A stretch of 52,637 nucleotides of DNA, filler included, from Stramenopiles sp. TOSAG23-2 (taxonomy: Eukaryota), in NCBI GenBank assembly GCA_900128395.1. It is 3 parts of 3 records of this genome, joined end to end, with 100 filler letters (N's around TTAATTAATTAA, not from the genome) between each part and the next. Parts side by side here need not be neighbours in the genome. Positions count along the whole stretch, not along the records: positions 17,611 to 35,077 come from LT649641.1; 2 more parts are not named here. One strand, written 5' to 3'. Shown in pieces: positions 21,612 through 33,600 of this stretch; the first letter of the stretch is position 1; each line of letters opens with the position of its first letter. Made by a program: the position numbers and the translations under genes. The notes below the pieces were generated by a model. That model did not search any database and was not told where the DNA came from. It saw only the letters and a program-made list of their open reading frames with translations.

Positions 21612-23082
21612 TCTTACGCAAGGAGAAAAAAGCCAAATCCCCCATACTTTTAATAGTTGCTGTGTTCATGCTAAATAAATAACACTATACAGTATGGGAA
21701 AATGTGACGAATTAAAATTTTGCAAAAAAAAGCGAAGTGGTAATGAATCTATCGATAATAATATACTATCGATATATACCGAAAAGATTTTTGTTATATA
21801 CATATTTACATTCGTTCATTACCTTTACTGAATAGAAAAAGAATTCGTTAATGAAAGACAAACAGCAATAGTTGTTTATTATCTGTAAAAAATTATCATA
21901 TTGTAAAGAGTGAAAAGACCATTCATAAATTTTATTTATATATATATAATAATAAGACTTTTATATTATATATCATATATTATATACATCAATACGTACA
22001 ACCAGACCCGAACATTTGACGAGCATTAGATGCGCGTGATAATGACCTCGAACTATTCAAAAAGTAAAAGAGGCAAAAACAATACAAGTGCAGGTAGAGT
22101 AGTAAAGAAAGCAAAGACAAATAATAATGCAAAGACAACAAAACCAAAAGCATTAGAGAATAAGCACAAAAAAAACAATACTACGAGTATTAGAAGAAAA
22201 AGGAATTCAATATTGTATTGATATAACCAACCAGTTAAACGGAGATAATATCGATGAAAGAAGTGTTTTAGATCTAATTGAAAAATATAATACTATAATA
22301 TAACTTAAATCCTCAAATAGTTTACTTCTCAAGTTTTCAATATTATCATCATTCTTTTCCTCGCTGTTGCTACTACTACTGCTCATATTCTTGTTAATAT
22401 TACTATATGATCAGATACATTGTATTCCCGTTTGTGATGTATAAATAGCTCTTTTTAAAAAAAATGAAAAAAAAAAAAATTGAAAAAAACCAAAAATTGA
22501 AAAAAAAAAAAACTGTCTGATGAACCGTGTAAATATTTTTTCAAAACAGAGATGTAATAATATAAAACTATTTGAGAGACCCAATTACACCGTTTATAAA
22601 GGTTTAGGGTGATTTTTTTCTCAAATCGCTTCGGTCAAAAAGCAGGTCAATAAGATACTCTTCTCAAAGCCGTTCTTTTGTGGTGAATGTAGCAAAATAC
22701 GTAATTAACTTTAATATACAAATTAAAAAAAACTAACAGATGAATCTACTTCAAACAAAGATGCTTATGAAAATATTATTACAAAATAAATATATGGTTC
22801 AAGTTAGATATTTATATCTTTAAAAATACGATCTTGGTGTAAGATTGTAAAATAGTAACCAAACGTATCTTTTATATTAATTAATGTTTTTTATGATATT
22901 AAAAAAAATTATATATAAACGGTATAATTTACGGAGCGAAAAATGATAAGGTTCGCGGAAAAATCGAAGCGATTTTCGGACAAAAATCACATTTTCCCAT
23001 ACTGTATAGTGTTATTTATTTAGCATGAACACAGCAACTATTAAAAGTATGGGGGATTTGGCTTTTTTCTCCTTGCGTAAGA
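21612..23082. mobile_element. Putative non-autonomous DNA transposon (1471 bp) with perfect 96-bp terminal inverted repeats
   Basis: 21612-21707 is the exact reverse complement of 22987-23082. There is no transposase-sized ORF inside and no clear TSD. Confidence 0.7.
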
Positions 23083-23216
23083 CTTTACTGTGGTTTACAC
23101 TTTTGCCTTCTCTCTGGTGCTTTTTTTGCAAAAAGGAGGTGCTTTTTTCTTCAACTACGAATATTATATTTGATGTCCGATCTTTTTAAACGTATTAGCT
23201 ACAGTATACAGGTCAT

Positions 23217-23456
23217 GTGTATATATAGAAAAAATATAACAATAAGAAAAACAAACAAGTATTATATATATTAGTGTCCTATAAGATTGATAAGTATTTA
23301 CAGTGCCAAGATGAATTTTTGTGATGGAGATGAAAAGTGTATATATAGAAAAAATATAACAATAAGAAAAACAAACAAGTATTATATATATTAGTGTCCT
23401 ATAAGATTGATAAGTATTTACAGTGCCAAGATGAATTTTTGTGATGGAGATGAAAA
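23217..23456. repeat. Perfect tandem duplication, 120-bp unit x2, spanning the SET gene start
   Basis: GTGTATATATAGAAAAAATATAAC starts at 23217 and 23337. Confidence 0.95.
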
Positions 23457-24117
23457 TCCACAAATTGATAAAAGTCCTATAACATACGAAACATGTATAA
23501 ATTACTTGGAAGAATTAGATATTTGGTTGAACACTGGGCAAAAACCCTCAAAGCTATATTATAAAGAGGACCAACATATTGTACAAATGGAAGAACAAGA
23601 GATGTATGGAGAGGCTGTAATTGCGTTGAAGAATCGATGTGAAATTATTCGACAATTGGTCTGGTCTATTATGCCTGCACCACCACTTGATGAACATCTT
23701 ACAGTTAAACCATCATGGCTGGGCGGTAATAGTGGCCAAGGCCTGTTTGTAAATAAAAAAATTGAAAAAAATGAAGTAATTTGCCTATATACTGGTCAGC
23801 TACATTCATTAAAAACGTCAACCAGGTTAGAAGATCGTTCCTATTTAAATCAAGTCTCGGATAATTTATTTGTAGATCCTAGACCATGCCCAAAGATTAA
23901 AGCGAGGTATGTCAATGATTGTATTAATCCAAATGGCCATAACTGTTATTACAAAAGCAACTTGAAGAAGCGTTGTGTCGAAGTCCGTGCTTTGCGCGAT
24001 ATCCATAAAAATGAAGAATTATTCGTTTCATATGGAAAACAATATTGGGAACAAGCACCATTTTCTCCAATTGTCTTATGTGATGAAAAGTTGAAATTAT
24101 TATTAGGATCTTTATAA
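23431..24117 (+). CDS. Small SET-domain lysine methyltransferase (228 aa)
   Basis: SET motifs GQGLF, ICLYTG, ARYVND and ALRDI..NEELFVSYG..YW. Confidence 0.88.
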   Translation: MNFCDGDENPQIDKSPITYETCINYLEELDIWLNTGQKPSKLYYKEDQHIVQMEEQEMYGEAVIALKNRCEIIRQLVWSIMPAPPLDEHLTVKPSWLGGNSGQGLFVNKKIEKNEVICLYTGQLHSLKTSTRLEDRSYLNQVSDNLFVDPRPCPKIKARYVNDCINPNGHNCYYKSNLKKRCVEVRALRDIHKNEELFVSYGKQYWEQAPFSPIVLCDEKLKLLLGSL

Positions 24118-24304
24118 TGTAGATGACAATAGGAATTGTCATGAGTAGAAAAAATATAAAAAAAGTTAGAAAATTTGGGAACAAGCACCATTTTCTCCAA
24201 TTGTCTTATGTGATGAAAAGTTGAAATTATTATTAGGATCTTTATAATGTAGATGACAATAGGAATTGTCATGAGTAGAAAAAATATAAAAAAAGTTAGA
24301 AAAT
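24045..24304. repeat. Perfect tandem duplication, 130-bp unit x2, spanning the SET gene stop
   Basis: TTGGGAACAAGCACC starts at 24045 and 24175. Confidence 0.95.
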
Positions 24305-24576
24305 ATACACGTTCTTAATGCTTATATACACACCGTATATCACAAAATATAATATATTAAAAATAATTCTCTTATGATATTTATAATTTAAAGATTTTAT
24401 TTACAACTCATAATCTTATATTCACTATATATGTGTAATAATCAAAATATAATATATTATACAACAAATTTATTTTTCTATATAAAAATCCAAGAGAAAA
24501 TATTTTATTTTCCCCCTATAATTTAATATATTTGGATCTGTAATTGAATTTTTACCACTGCTGGAAATAAAATTAT

Positions 24577-25500
24577 CTATGCCAAAGATGATAATTGTGA
24601 TATACACATTTTTATAGCTCTTACACAATCTTTTTCTTGTTGGTATTTAAACCGTTTTTGGTGTATTGAATCGACAAATTTCATTTTTTGCATCATACGC
24701 CGTGTTGGTGTATGGAATGCTAATCGTTCACAAATTTGACATATTAAGATGAAAAACTCGGGCGAGTATGAATCGCCGAAAATATTAATAACTTTTTGTA
24801 AATTTATTAAAAATTTTCCACCTCCACCAAATTTAACAACATTACTTTGTTTCTTCAATAAGTAAAATAGCACTTTATAAACGATTTCAATCAAATAAAC
24901 TTGTTTTGTATGAATATGCAAACATTGGATCACATTATTTATACCATCGCGATTTTCAATAATTATAACATTTCTTGGATGATTTGGACAGAACAAAGAT
25001 AAACAGCGGAAAGATTCAATAGTACAGCATTCATCGTACACATGAATTTTATTATATTTCAACAAAAGACTAATACCTCGATTTTCCATGAAATTCTTCA
25101 CTATTGTAAAGCGAAATTAGAAACTTCGATTAATTTTCGTCTTACTGCACTCCATCTTTTCAATATAGTATCGTTTACAAATGTATCCAACTCATATGAT
25201 GACGACATGATTTTTAGGTGACAGAACAAATATGTAGAGCTACCTGCTTTGCATGGAGTTTTTCCACGCTCCGTATATCTTCGATGTATATACTGTATTG
25301 TTTTGATTTTCTATTCCGAAGGTCCTTGTAATTATAATTAGAATAATATGGTTGACTTTCGAATAGATTTATTTGGAAATCTGGAAATCCCTTAAAAAGA
25401 GCGATGCCACTAATTATTCCTGGTATTCTTCTGGTATTCCTGGTAATATTCGATCTCTCCTCCCAAAAAAAAAAACTTCTTCTTCTGTAACTGCACCACT
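24577..25500 (-). pseudogene. Possible degenerate gene remnant
   Basis: 174-aa ORF (24577-25101) with coding-like but stop-interrupted sequence upstream; no recognisable family. Confidence 0.3.
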
Positions 25501-25732
25501 TATTATTATGTGCTTATTTTATAGAATTATATATACACTATTTATTGTTCATGTGGTTTGTAAAAAAGAAATCATAATTAAAATAATACTGTTTTTGATT
25601 TGAAATAGTATAATTACTATTATTTGCAATTGAAATATTGTTATTAATAATATCTTATTATCAATTGGTTCAATTATTTTTCTTGTTATTAAGATCATTA
25701 TATATTTTTTATTTTATTATAAATAATTAAAT

Positions 25733-25907
25733 ATGAACGGCAAAGTATTTTTATTGTCTAGATGTGGGCATATACTTATGCTTATTGTTATTATGTCTGT
25801 AAATCAATTATTGCCAGTGGCTGCTTCTGATACTTCTTCCTCTTTATTATCTTCAAGCAGAAGAATTCGTGGTCGTAAAATAAGGACTGAACATGAACCA
25901 CGGTCAT

Positions 25908-25942
<35 letters not shown>

Positions 25943-27204
25943 AATAATCAAAAGGAAAATGTACCTCTTAAAGCTGATGAAAAAGCATCTGTACCACCAC
26001 CAACCAATGGAGATAATCGTGTAAAACTACCTCAAGTTCTTGTAAATGTAGGTGAACGGGTATTAGTGCATAATATTCTCCTTGGTACTGTTATGTACGT
26101 GGGACAAACAAGTTTTGCCAAAGGTATATGGGTTGGTATTTCACTTGATCAGCCGAAAGGAAAAAACGATGGTACAGTTAAAGGACATAAATATTTTCAG
26201 TGTGAGCCGAAACACGGATTATTTACTAAACCAGAGCATGTTATAAGATATCAGCAAGATGATACGACACAGTCGAAAACAACAAGGACAACCAATACTA
26301 ACAATAGCGAAAAGAAGAACAAGGCAAAAAAAAAAGATGACATAGTAACAATTACTGGTAAGGGTGGACAAGAAGTGCCTATAGAAAATTTAAAAGATTT
26401 AAAAACAAAAAGAACAAGGCAAAAAAAAAAGATGACATAGTAACAATTACTGGTAAGGGTGGACAAGAAGTGCCTATAGAAAATTTAAAAGATTTAAAAA
26501 CAAAGTATTTACACGATTTAGATGAAAAAATGTATGGTTTGATGCATTCAGGCAACACACAGACAAAGTCAACAAAAACCCCAAATACTGCAAGAAGTAA
26601 GGTAGTTGGAGCTGGGCAGCAACCAAATGTATTGAAAGTGCAGAATGCAAAAGTATCAAATCCACAAGAGATGAAGAGTGTTGATACAGCAGCCACGAGA
26701 AATAATGATTTATTTGCACCAACGCCATATAGTGGAATCAATCAACCTGTATTTGGAGCACAACCTTCGTCTTTATCGCAACAGCTGCAGACACGGTTTC
26801 AACCAGGCATTCCAGCATTTAACCAGCAGCTATTGGAAGCTCCATTGCCAATGATGCTTTTAGAACTAAATAGTAAAAGTAGGTATGACAAAGATTTAGA
26901 CAGTACAATGATTGGTTTACCAAAGGTAGCAAAAGGTATCGGCTCAGCGTATACATTGAAAGATTTAGAAGCATCGGGTATGAATAAAGCGTTTGATAGT
27001 GTTGACACGACAGGTCTGCCAGATGAATTAGTAGATCAATTGAAATCAGGCAAGCAGAGCAATAAAATTAAAAAAAACCAAGGACATTTAAGTGAGTTAG
27101 ACAATGTATTTGTAAAAATGTTAGATCATAATTCTCATGGAAAAAATAAATTCTTTGTGCCTGATAATACCTCAAAAAAGAAAGAAGGCGATGATGATTA
27201 TTAA
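25733..27204 (+). CDS. CAP-Gly domain protein with N-terminal signal-like peptide and poly-His; split by a 95-bp duplication, 458 aa when collapsed
   Basis: CAP-Gly motif GTVMYVG.T.F..G.WVG..LD.P.GKNDG.V.G..YFQC....GLF. Removing one repeat copy gives 1377 nt in frame. Confidence 0.85.
26315..26504. repeat. Perfect tandem duplication, 95-bp unit x2 (intragenic)
   Basis: AAGAACAAGGC starts at 26315 and 26410. Confidence 0.95.
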
Positions 27205-27354
27205 ATTGGAGAAGAGATATCCATTAAAATTATTTATATCATATTCTCATGGAAAAAATAAATTCTTTGTGCCTGATAATACCTCAAAAAAGAAAGAAGG
27301 CGATGATGATTATTAAATTGGAGAAGAGATATCCATTAAAATTATTTATATCAT
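27131..27354. repeat. Perfect tandem duplication, 112-bp unit x2, spanning the CAP-Gly gene stop
   Basis: ATTCTCATGG starts at 27131 and 27243. Confidence 0.95.
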
Positions 27355-27624
27355 ATGTGTATATATATAACAACAATTTATCTGTAATTTACTTTTTAAA
27401 AAATGATATGATACATACACACACGTAAAATTTCACACACACACATCTCACAATTAAAATTAAATATGCGGGCTACGAAGCGTAATATTGTACGAAATAT
27501 TTATATTTTGTTGTACTGGGAAAATAATATTATTAACGAAGTATATATATATATTCTTGTAGAGTATTAGTTTGCAGAGGTGCATTAGAGCTTTACTATA
27601 GTAGGATAACAAATTATTCTTGCG

Positions 27625-27864
27625 ATTGAGTATTGAGCATGTTACTTTAACACGAGAAGTATAAAAATATTATAACTTAGATTTAAACCATATAAATATA
27701 AAAAATTCTCTTATTTATATATGAATAACAGAATTTTTTATATGAGTAAGAGAAATAATATATGCATACGAAATATGTATGCATATATATAAACCATCAA
27801 GCTCATTGAGTATTGAGCATATTACTTAACACGAGAAGTGTAAAATTATTTATAACTTAGATTT
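27625..27864. repeat. Diverged ~60-bp direct repeats 180 bp apart
   Basis: ATTGAGTATTGAGCAT.TTACTT.AACACGAGAAGT...TATAACTTAGATTT at 27625 and 27805, with several differences. Confidence 0.8.
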
Positions 27865-27917
27865 TAACTATCATTTATATAACCATCAATTTATCAAGAT
27901 CCGAATCGTATATATTT

Positions 27918-30004
27918 TTACGAATAATCTTCTACAACATCATCATTTCGAAGCCCTGATGAGGATGATGAATGAGATAACAAAGTTGATACCGCTCTAC
28001 GCCTGTATCCAGTGGATTTCTCATCATTCGAATTGAATTTATATTTAACTGATACTTTCCTAGACTTCATTCTCGATTTTTCCGGTGGTAACACATTTCT
28101 TTCCAACGATTCTGTATCCGTTATTCCCTGATTTCCTAATAATTCAAGATCAAGGTCTGAAACTTTATTTACAAGTTCTTCATCCTCATCCTCCATCTCT
28201 TCAATAGTACTCTGGTGGCGCACATCATTATTATCATCACCATGCATACCATGATCAATACCAGAAACAGCTTCAGTATATTCTTTAGATGATTTAAGAT
28301 GATTTAATAACATTTTACATCATTATTATCATCACCATGCATACCATGATCAATACCAGAAACAGCTTCAGTATATTCTTTAGATGATTTAAGATGATTT
28401 AATAACATTTTACGTATCTGCTCTAACACATCTTTATCTTTACCAGATAAAAGAATAGAACGATTGCTAACAGAACGACTTAGGTGATTGTTATTTGCAA
28501 TTCTATTAATAAATCTTTGAATATTTTTTGCCCATTCAGGATTTACTAAGCGTTCACTTGGATTACTAGGCGTGTTTGGCATATCTTTTTGTACATCACC
28601 ACTAAATTGGGATTTCATAATAATATTTACACTTTTACTAAGATTGTCAATGCAAATGTTTGCTACATCGATTTTACGCTTGTACATTTCTATTTCCTTC
28701 TTCAAATCAATAATTTCTTTTACAGCTGCGTTTGAATCTACTGAAGCATGTTTTATCTCGTCATTATCCTTTCCTAACATACCATCATCATTATCTATTT
28801 TATCATTTTCGTCAATATTATATAACGGTTTTAATAAACTACCGGACCCATCTCTACTACCAACGCTTCCATTGCGAGCAGAATTCCCACTAAACATTTC
28901 TTTTACTTTTTTTCCAATGCTATTAATTGATCCGCTTCGATATGTTTGTGAACTATTGCTTGACGTGGATCCACTTTTCGTTTTAATAAATGAACCTATA
29001 GCTCTCATTGAAAAACCACGATGAAGCGATTTATTTGTATCATTTGGCAACGTAGGAGAAGAGGATGATCGAGTCGATCTATTTGAATCTCTTTTCAAAT
29101 CCATTGAATCACCTTTTGACAGAGAAGACAACGATCTAGAATTACTGCTACCATCTCGGCTACTACCAAAGCTATTGCCTCCTTCATTTATAGTTCCTAA
29201 CTCATCTGTTGTTGAAGATAATATCGAAGAGGATTTATCAATATTATCATTCAATATTGATTCTTTCATATTTAAGACATATTTTAAAGCATTGCTCCAT
29301 GCATTTGCTAACTCTGTCGTATCAAATTCTATATCTAAATCTCTATGCGTTGCTTTGATGGATACTACACATTCTTTTTGATTGGTTTTCATTGGATTAG
29401 TCAGCAAACGATTGCCAACACTATCACTGTCTAAAATTTCTAACATATCTTTAGTCAAAATAAAACCTTTAATTTTCCCATGAAAATATGTAGAGCGACT
29501 TTGTGACCACATTATGCGATCTAAGTTGCTAGAAAAACAAATGAAGCGGCGTTGGCTCTTTTTATCTACATGTTTATATACATCTACACCGACTCTAATC
29601 ATGGCGTAGAAATTTTCAGGATTATTTAAATCCAATGGGGTGGAGTGAACTGACTGTATATGACTAAATCTGGACTTTGCTTTTTTCTGAAGAAAAATTT
29701 TATCTAATAAATGTGTGGGAGCTGCCTCAGCTATTAAACCTAGACCAGATGGTGCTCTCCAACTTGCGTTGCCGGTTTTTCTTGATCTCCAAAACGCTCG
29801 TCCAGTAATTGAGCAGATACTCATGGTCCAATCAGCAGTTTGTGCAGCTTCATAATTTTCATCAAACGATCCTAAACCAACTTGCACACCGTCAGATAAA
29901 GATAATTTACTTATATTATTGGTAATATTTCTTGGCGACGATAATTTAACATCAGGTGATACAGGTGATAGCAATACATCTAAATTTGTTGGGATTCGAT
30001 CCAT
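27918..30004 (-). CDS. WW + PH domain protein with coiled coil; split by a 95-bp duplication, 663 aa when collapsed
   Basis: WW motif DWT......GRAFW....TG.ASW..P and a PLC-type PH domain (QRRFICF...RIMW...LDIEF....ANAWSNAL). Collapsing the repeat joins 28304-30025 and 27918-28313 in frame. Confidence 0.78.
28222..28411. repeat. Perfect tandem duplication, 95-bp unit x2 (intragenic)
   Basis: ACATCATTATTATCATCACC starts at 28222 and 28317. Confidence 0.95.
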
Positions 30005-30445
30005 CTCGCAAATATGAATATGCAAACAAATATATTGAGAAAATTAATGAGTCTAATATTTCTACAATGAATGATATTATATTTACAACGATTAGTTTAT
30101 TAAATGTATCGATAATACAGTATTTACTAGACGACTATTATCTATATTTATGTACATTTATATTTATATTTATTTTATTAATATTTATATTATTCTTTCT
30201 ACTAATATTATTCCTATTAAAAATAATAAAATATAAGGATTTTATTAGTATGCATTGCACGTCCTGTCAAATTTTGGACAAGGTAAAATTTTATTTTTGG
30301 ACACCCCTATGGAAAATGTTTTTATTATAACTAGCAACATTGTACTTATATATTTTCAGTATATGGTGTGTTTAGAGTGAGGGTTACAATATATTGGGTA
30401 TCGTGTAGTAACGTTATCAACTTACGCTTTTGTACTCTTACTCGT

Positions 30446-30510
30446 GGCCAGCTGGGCCAGTTCTTTGCACAAATAGTCGTCGCAAACAACCTGCCAGCCT
30501 GGCAAACAAC
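30446..30510. promoter_or_regulatory. Candidate palindromic cis-element in a divergent promoter
   Basis: TGCCAG-C-CTGGCA palindrome (30492-30504) flanked by CAAACAAC direct repeats, plus a nearby CCAGCTGG. It is a GC island in AT-rich DNA between divergent genes. Confidence 0.35.
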
Positions 30511-30687
30511 TATAATAATAAAAGAAGTACTACTATAAAATAATACATCTCCAACGTGATGAAATGAATAGTGTATTATTACAGATAATTTATTATGTAA
30601 ACATACTTCAAACGCATGTCACTTATTGAAAATAATATTAGATAATAGAAATAAAAATATAACGATAATAAAAAATATATAGAATAC

Positions 30688-33600
30688 ATGACGGAAAGAC
30701 AACCTCGATTATCTGTCATACTTGGAGATAATATAAATAATGAAAAAACAAAAGAGGAATTATTAGAGGAGTTGGAGGAGATGGAAGTGAAGTTGAACCA
30801 AGCAGGCATGGTCGGTTTAGAATTGTACAACGAGAACGAGTCTTTGCATGTGAAAGCGTCGGAAATGGTGGAGCAGATAACGCATGATGAAGAATTGATT
30901 GAGATGCTGCGTTCTGAGGTGACACAGTATGCATTTGAACGCGATCGTTTAAAAGCTGCAGTTGCAGATTATGCTGACAAGTTAAAATCATCAGACGCAG
31001 ACCATCGCGCGTTATCAGATAAAATATTATATCAGGAAAAGAATGTAAAAGAAATGACTGAGTCGAGAGAAAATCTCTCAAGGAAAGTACGCTCGTTAGA
31101 GCAAACTTTGCAATATGTGCATGAGACTTATGGCGAGAAGCACGATGAGCACAATGGAATGAATGCAAAGCAAACAGAAAGGGAGTTGGAAAAGATTGAA
31201 AAAGAGAAACGAAGTTTAATGATGAAAGAACTGATATATGCACAGAAAGAACGAATGTATAAACATGAAATGAAAACATTAAGGAAAAAGTATGATGATG
31301 CCATAAATGACAAAAATAATAGTGAAAAATCAGCAATTATCTTACGTGAACGGTCAGAGACATTAAGCCATAAGTTAAATAAGTCTTTAGATGAAATACA
31401 AGAAGCTCAATCTGAAAACGTTGTATTAGCGTCCAACAATTTTAAATTACAAAATGAATTAAAAGAAATCAAAGCATTGCATGAGGAGCATAAAGCAAAT
31501 AGTCCAAAACATCCAACTCACAGAAATTCTATATTTGATCATGCACCACGTTCCGTCATGCCACGCACAAATACTCTTTTAGCACTATATTCTATGGTCG
31601 AGGAAGAGGATGACGAGACAGAGCGACAAATGAAAGATATAGAAAAAAAACACGAAACAAAGATATTAAAAAGTAAAAAGAAACATTTAGATCATTTACA
31701 TTCCAAAAGTCAATTGCATGGTGATACTAATAGTGACAGAAAACATCAAGAAAAAATAAAAAATAGAATCAATCAAGTAAACAACCAATTAGAAGAAAAT
31801 TTAAAGAGAAGTGATCATGAAGCAATGGCAGATGATTTTGTTGTTGTTGATGATGACTATGATGATAATGATCTTGATGAAAACAATAAAAAGGAAGCCG
31901 GCAAGAATGTTGTAGTTGATGATGGTATTAAAACCTTTTTCAAGAAATTATCGATGCGTAATTTACACAACAAGATAGAGAATCGAAATACTAATAGTAA
32001 CAGGGATGATATGATTGCCGCAAATAATTTATTATTAGAAAAAGCGAGAAATGATATAAAGGAGCTGAAAAAAAAATTGGACTTAAAAAGTAAAGAAGTT
32101 AATAGCCTAAGCAATTCGAAGGAGACATTAAATTCATTGTTAAATCAAGCACAGGATGAAACTGTAGACATGGAAAATGATTTAAGATTTACAATGCGAG
32201 AGTTGGAAAATATAAAACAATTGAAAGAAACAGTAGATCAAAATCTTCAGAAATTAAATAAAGATTTAGAAGTTTGTCGAACTGAAAATGTACTCTTGAA
32301 AGATAAAGAAGCTGTATCAAGCGTTGCAATTGAATCATCTAAGATAACTATTGATAGTTTAAACGAAGAGATTAAAAAATATAAATTAAACGAGGAAAAA
32401 TTAAGTAAAGATGATGAAGCTTCACAACTTATTGGCGATAAAATGATGCAATTGCAAGCTGATATTATTGTATTACAGGAACAGAAAAATCAAGAAATAC
32501 GAGCAAATGCAAAGTTGAAGGCAGATATCATGGAATTAAAGGAGAAATCCACTAATACAACAAGTGTTGTAACAAAGGAAGTAAATAATTTGAAGAACGA
32601 GAATACTAAACTGTCAAATTTAATTTTAGAAAAAGACAAACTGATCGAACAAGCAAATATGTCAATATTGGAGGAAAAACAATATAATACAGAACAATTG
32701 AATGTAGTAAAAATAGCTTTAAACGATAAGAAAAAAGAACTAAGAATTGCAAAAGAGTCCATTTTGAAATTGACTGGCGATGTCAATATATTTAAAGATG
32801 AAATTGAAGCTGTTAAGAAGAAACATTTTGTGCAGCAAAGTGCAAGTAGTAATCATGTGCAAACAATTGAAGAATTAAATAGTACAATTGAAGAATTAAA
32901 TAGTACAATTGAAGGTAAGAATATGAAGCTTGAAGCACGAAAAAAATCAATTGCTAGGATGGCAAATGAGCTATCAACTCTACGTAAAGAAAACGATGAA
33001 TTAAGGGAGAAGTATGAGTCTACCATGGAACTTTATAACGCTCAAGTGTTAGTTGCTAATAGTTTGAAGACAAAAATGGTAAATAACGATTCCGCAGCTT
33101 CTAGATACAACGAGTTGAAAATAAAATATGACATTAGCGAAGGAAATAATAAGTCGTTAGAATTAAAATTGAAAGATAGTGCAATGCACATTAATGAATT
33201 AACGAATGAATTGAATCATATCGAAAAAAATTTAGATTCCACAGAGAGTAATGCAGCAAAAACTACAGAAAAAAATTTTAAGTTGGATGAGAAAATCAAA
33301 CGATTAGAGCGGACAAAGGTAGTATGTAAATTTCTTGTTTCTATAAACCTAAAATACTACTATTAGAAGTCTTTTCTAAAAAAAATTTTAAGTTGGATGA
33401 GAAAATCAAACGATTAGAGCGGACAAAGGTAGTATGTAAATTTCTTGTTTCTATAAACCTAAAATACTACTATTAGAAGTCTTTTCTAACTCACAGTATC
33501 ATTGCTCTTTCACACACACACAAACACACAAATAACCATAAACACAGAATTTTGAAAAAGTGATTCGAGAAAAAAATCAAAAATTACAAATGTATAAGGA

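Noticed and set aside
22601-22610. GGTTTAGGGT telomere-like word
   Set aside because: Only a single unit, not an array.
32863-32914. 21-bp tandem repeat (TIEELNS x2.5)
   Set aside because: Ordinary in-frame heptad duplication within a coiled coil.
5481-33488. Repeats as CRISPR arrays or LTRs
   Set aside because: Each is a two-copy adjacent duplication of unique sequence with no spacers, no shared consensus and no cas or RT genes.
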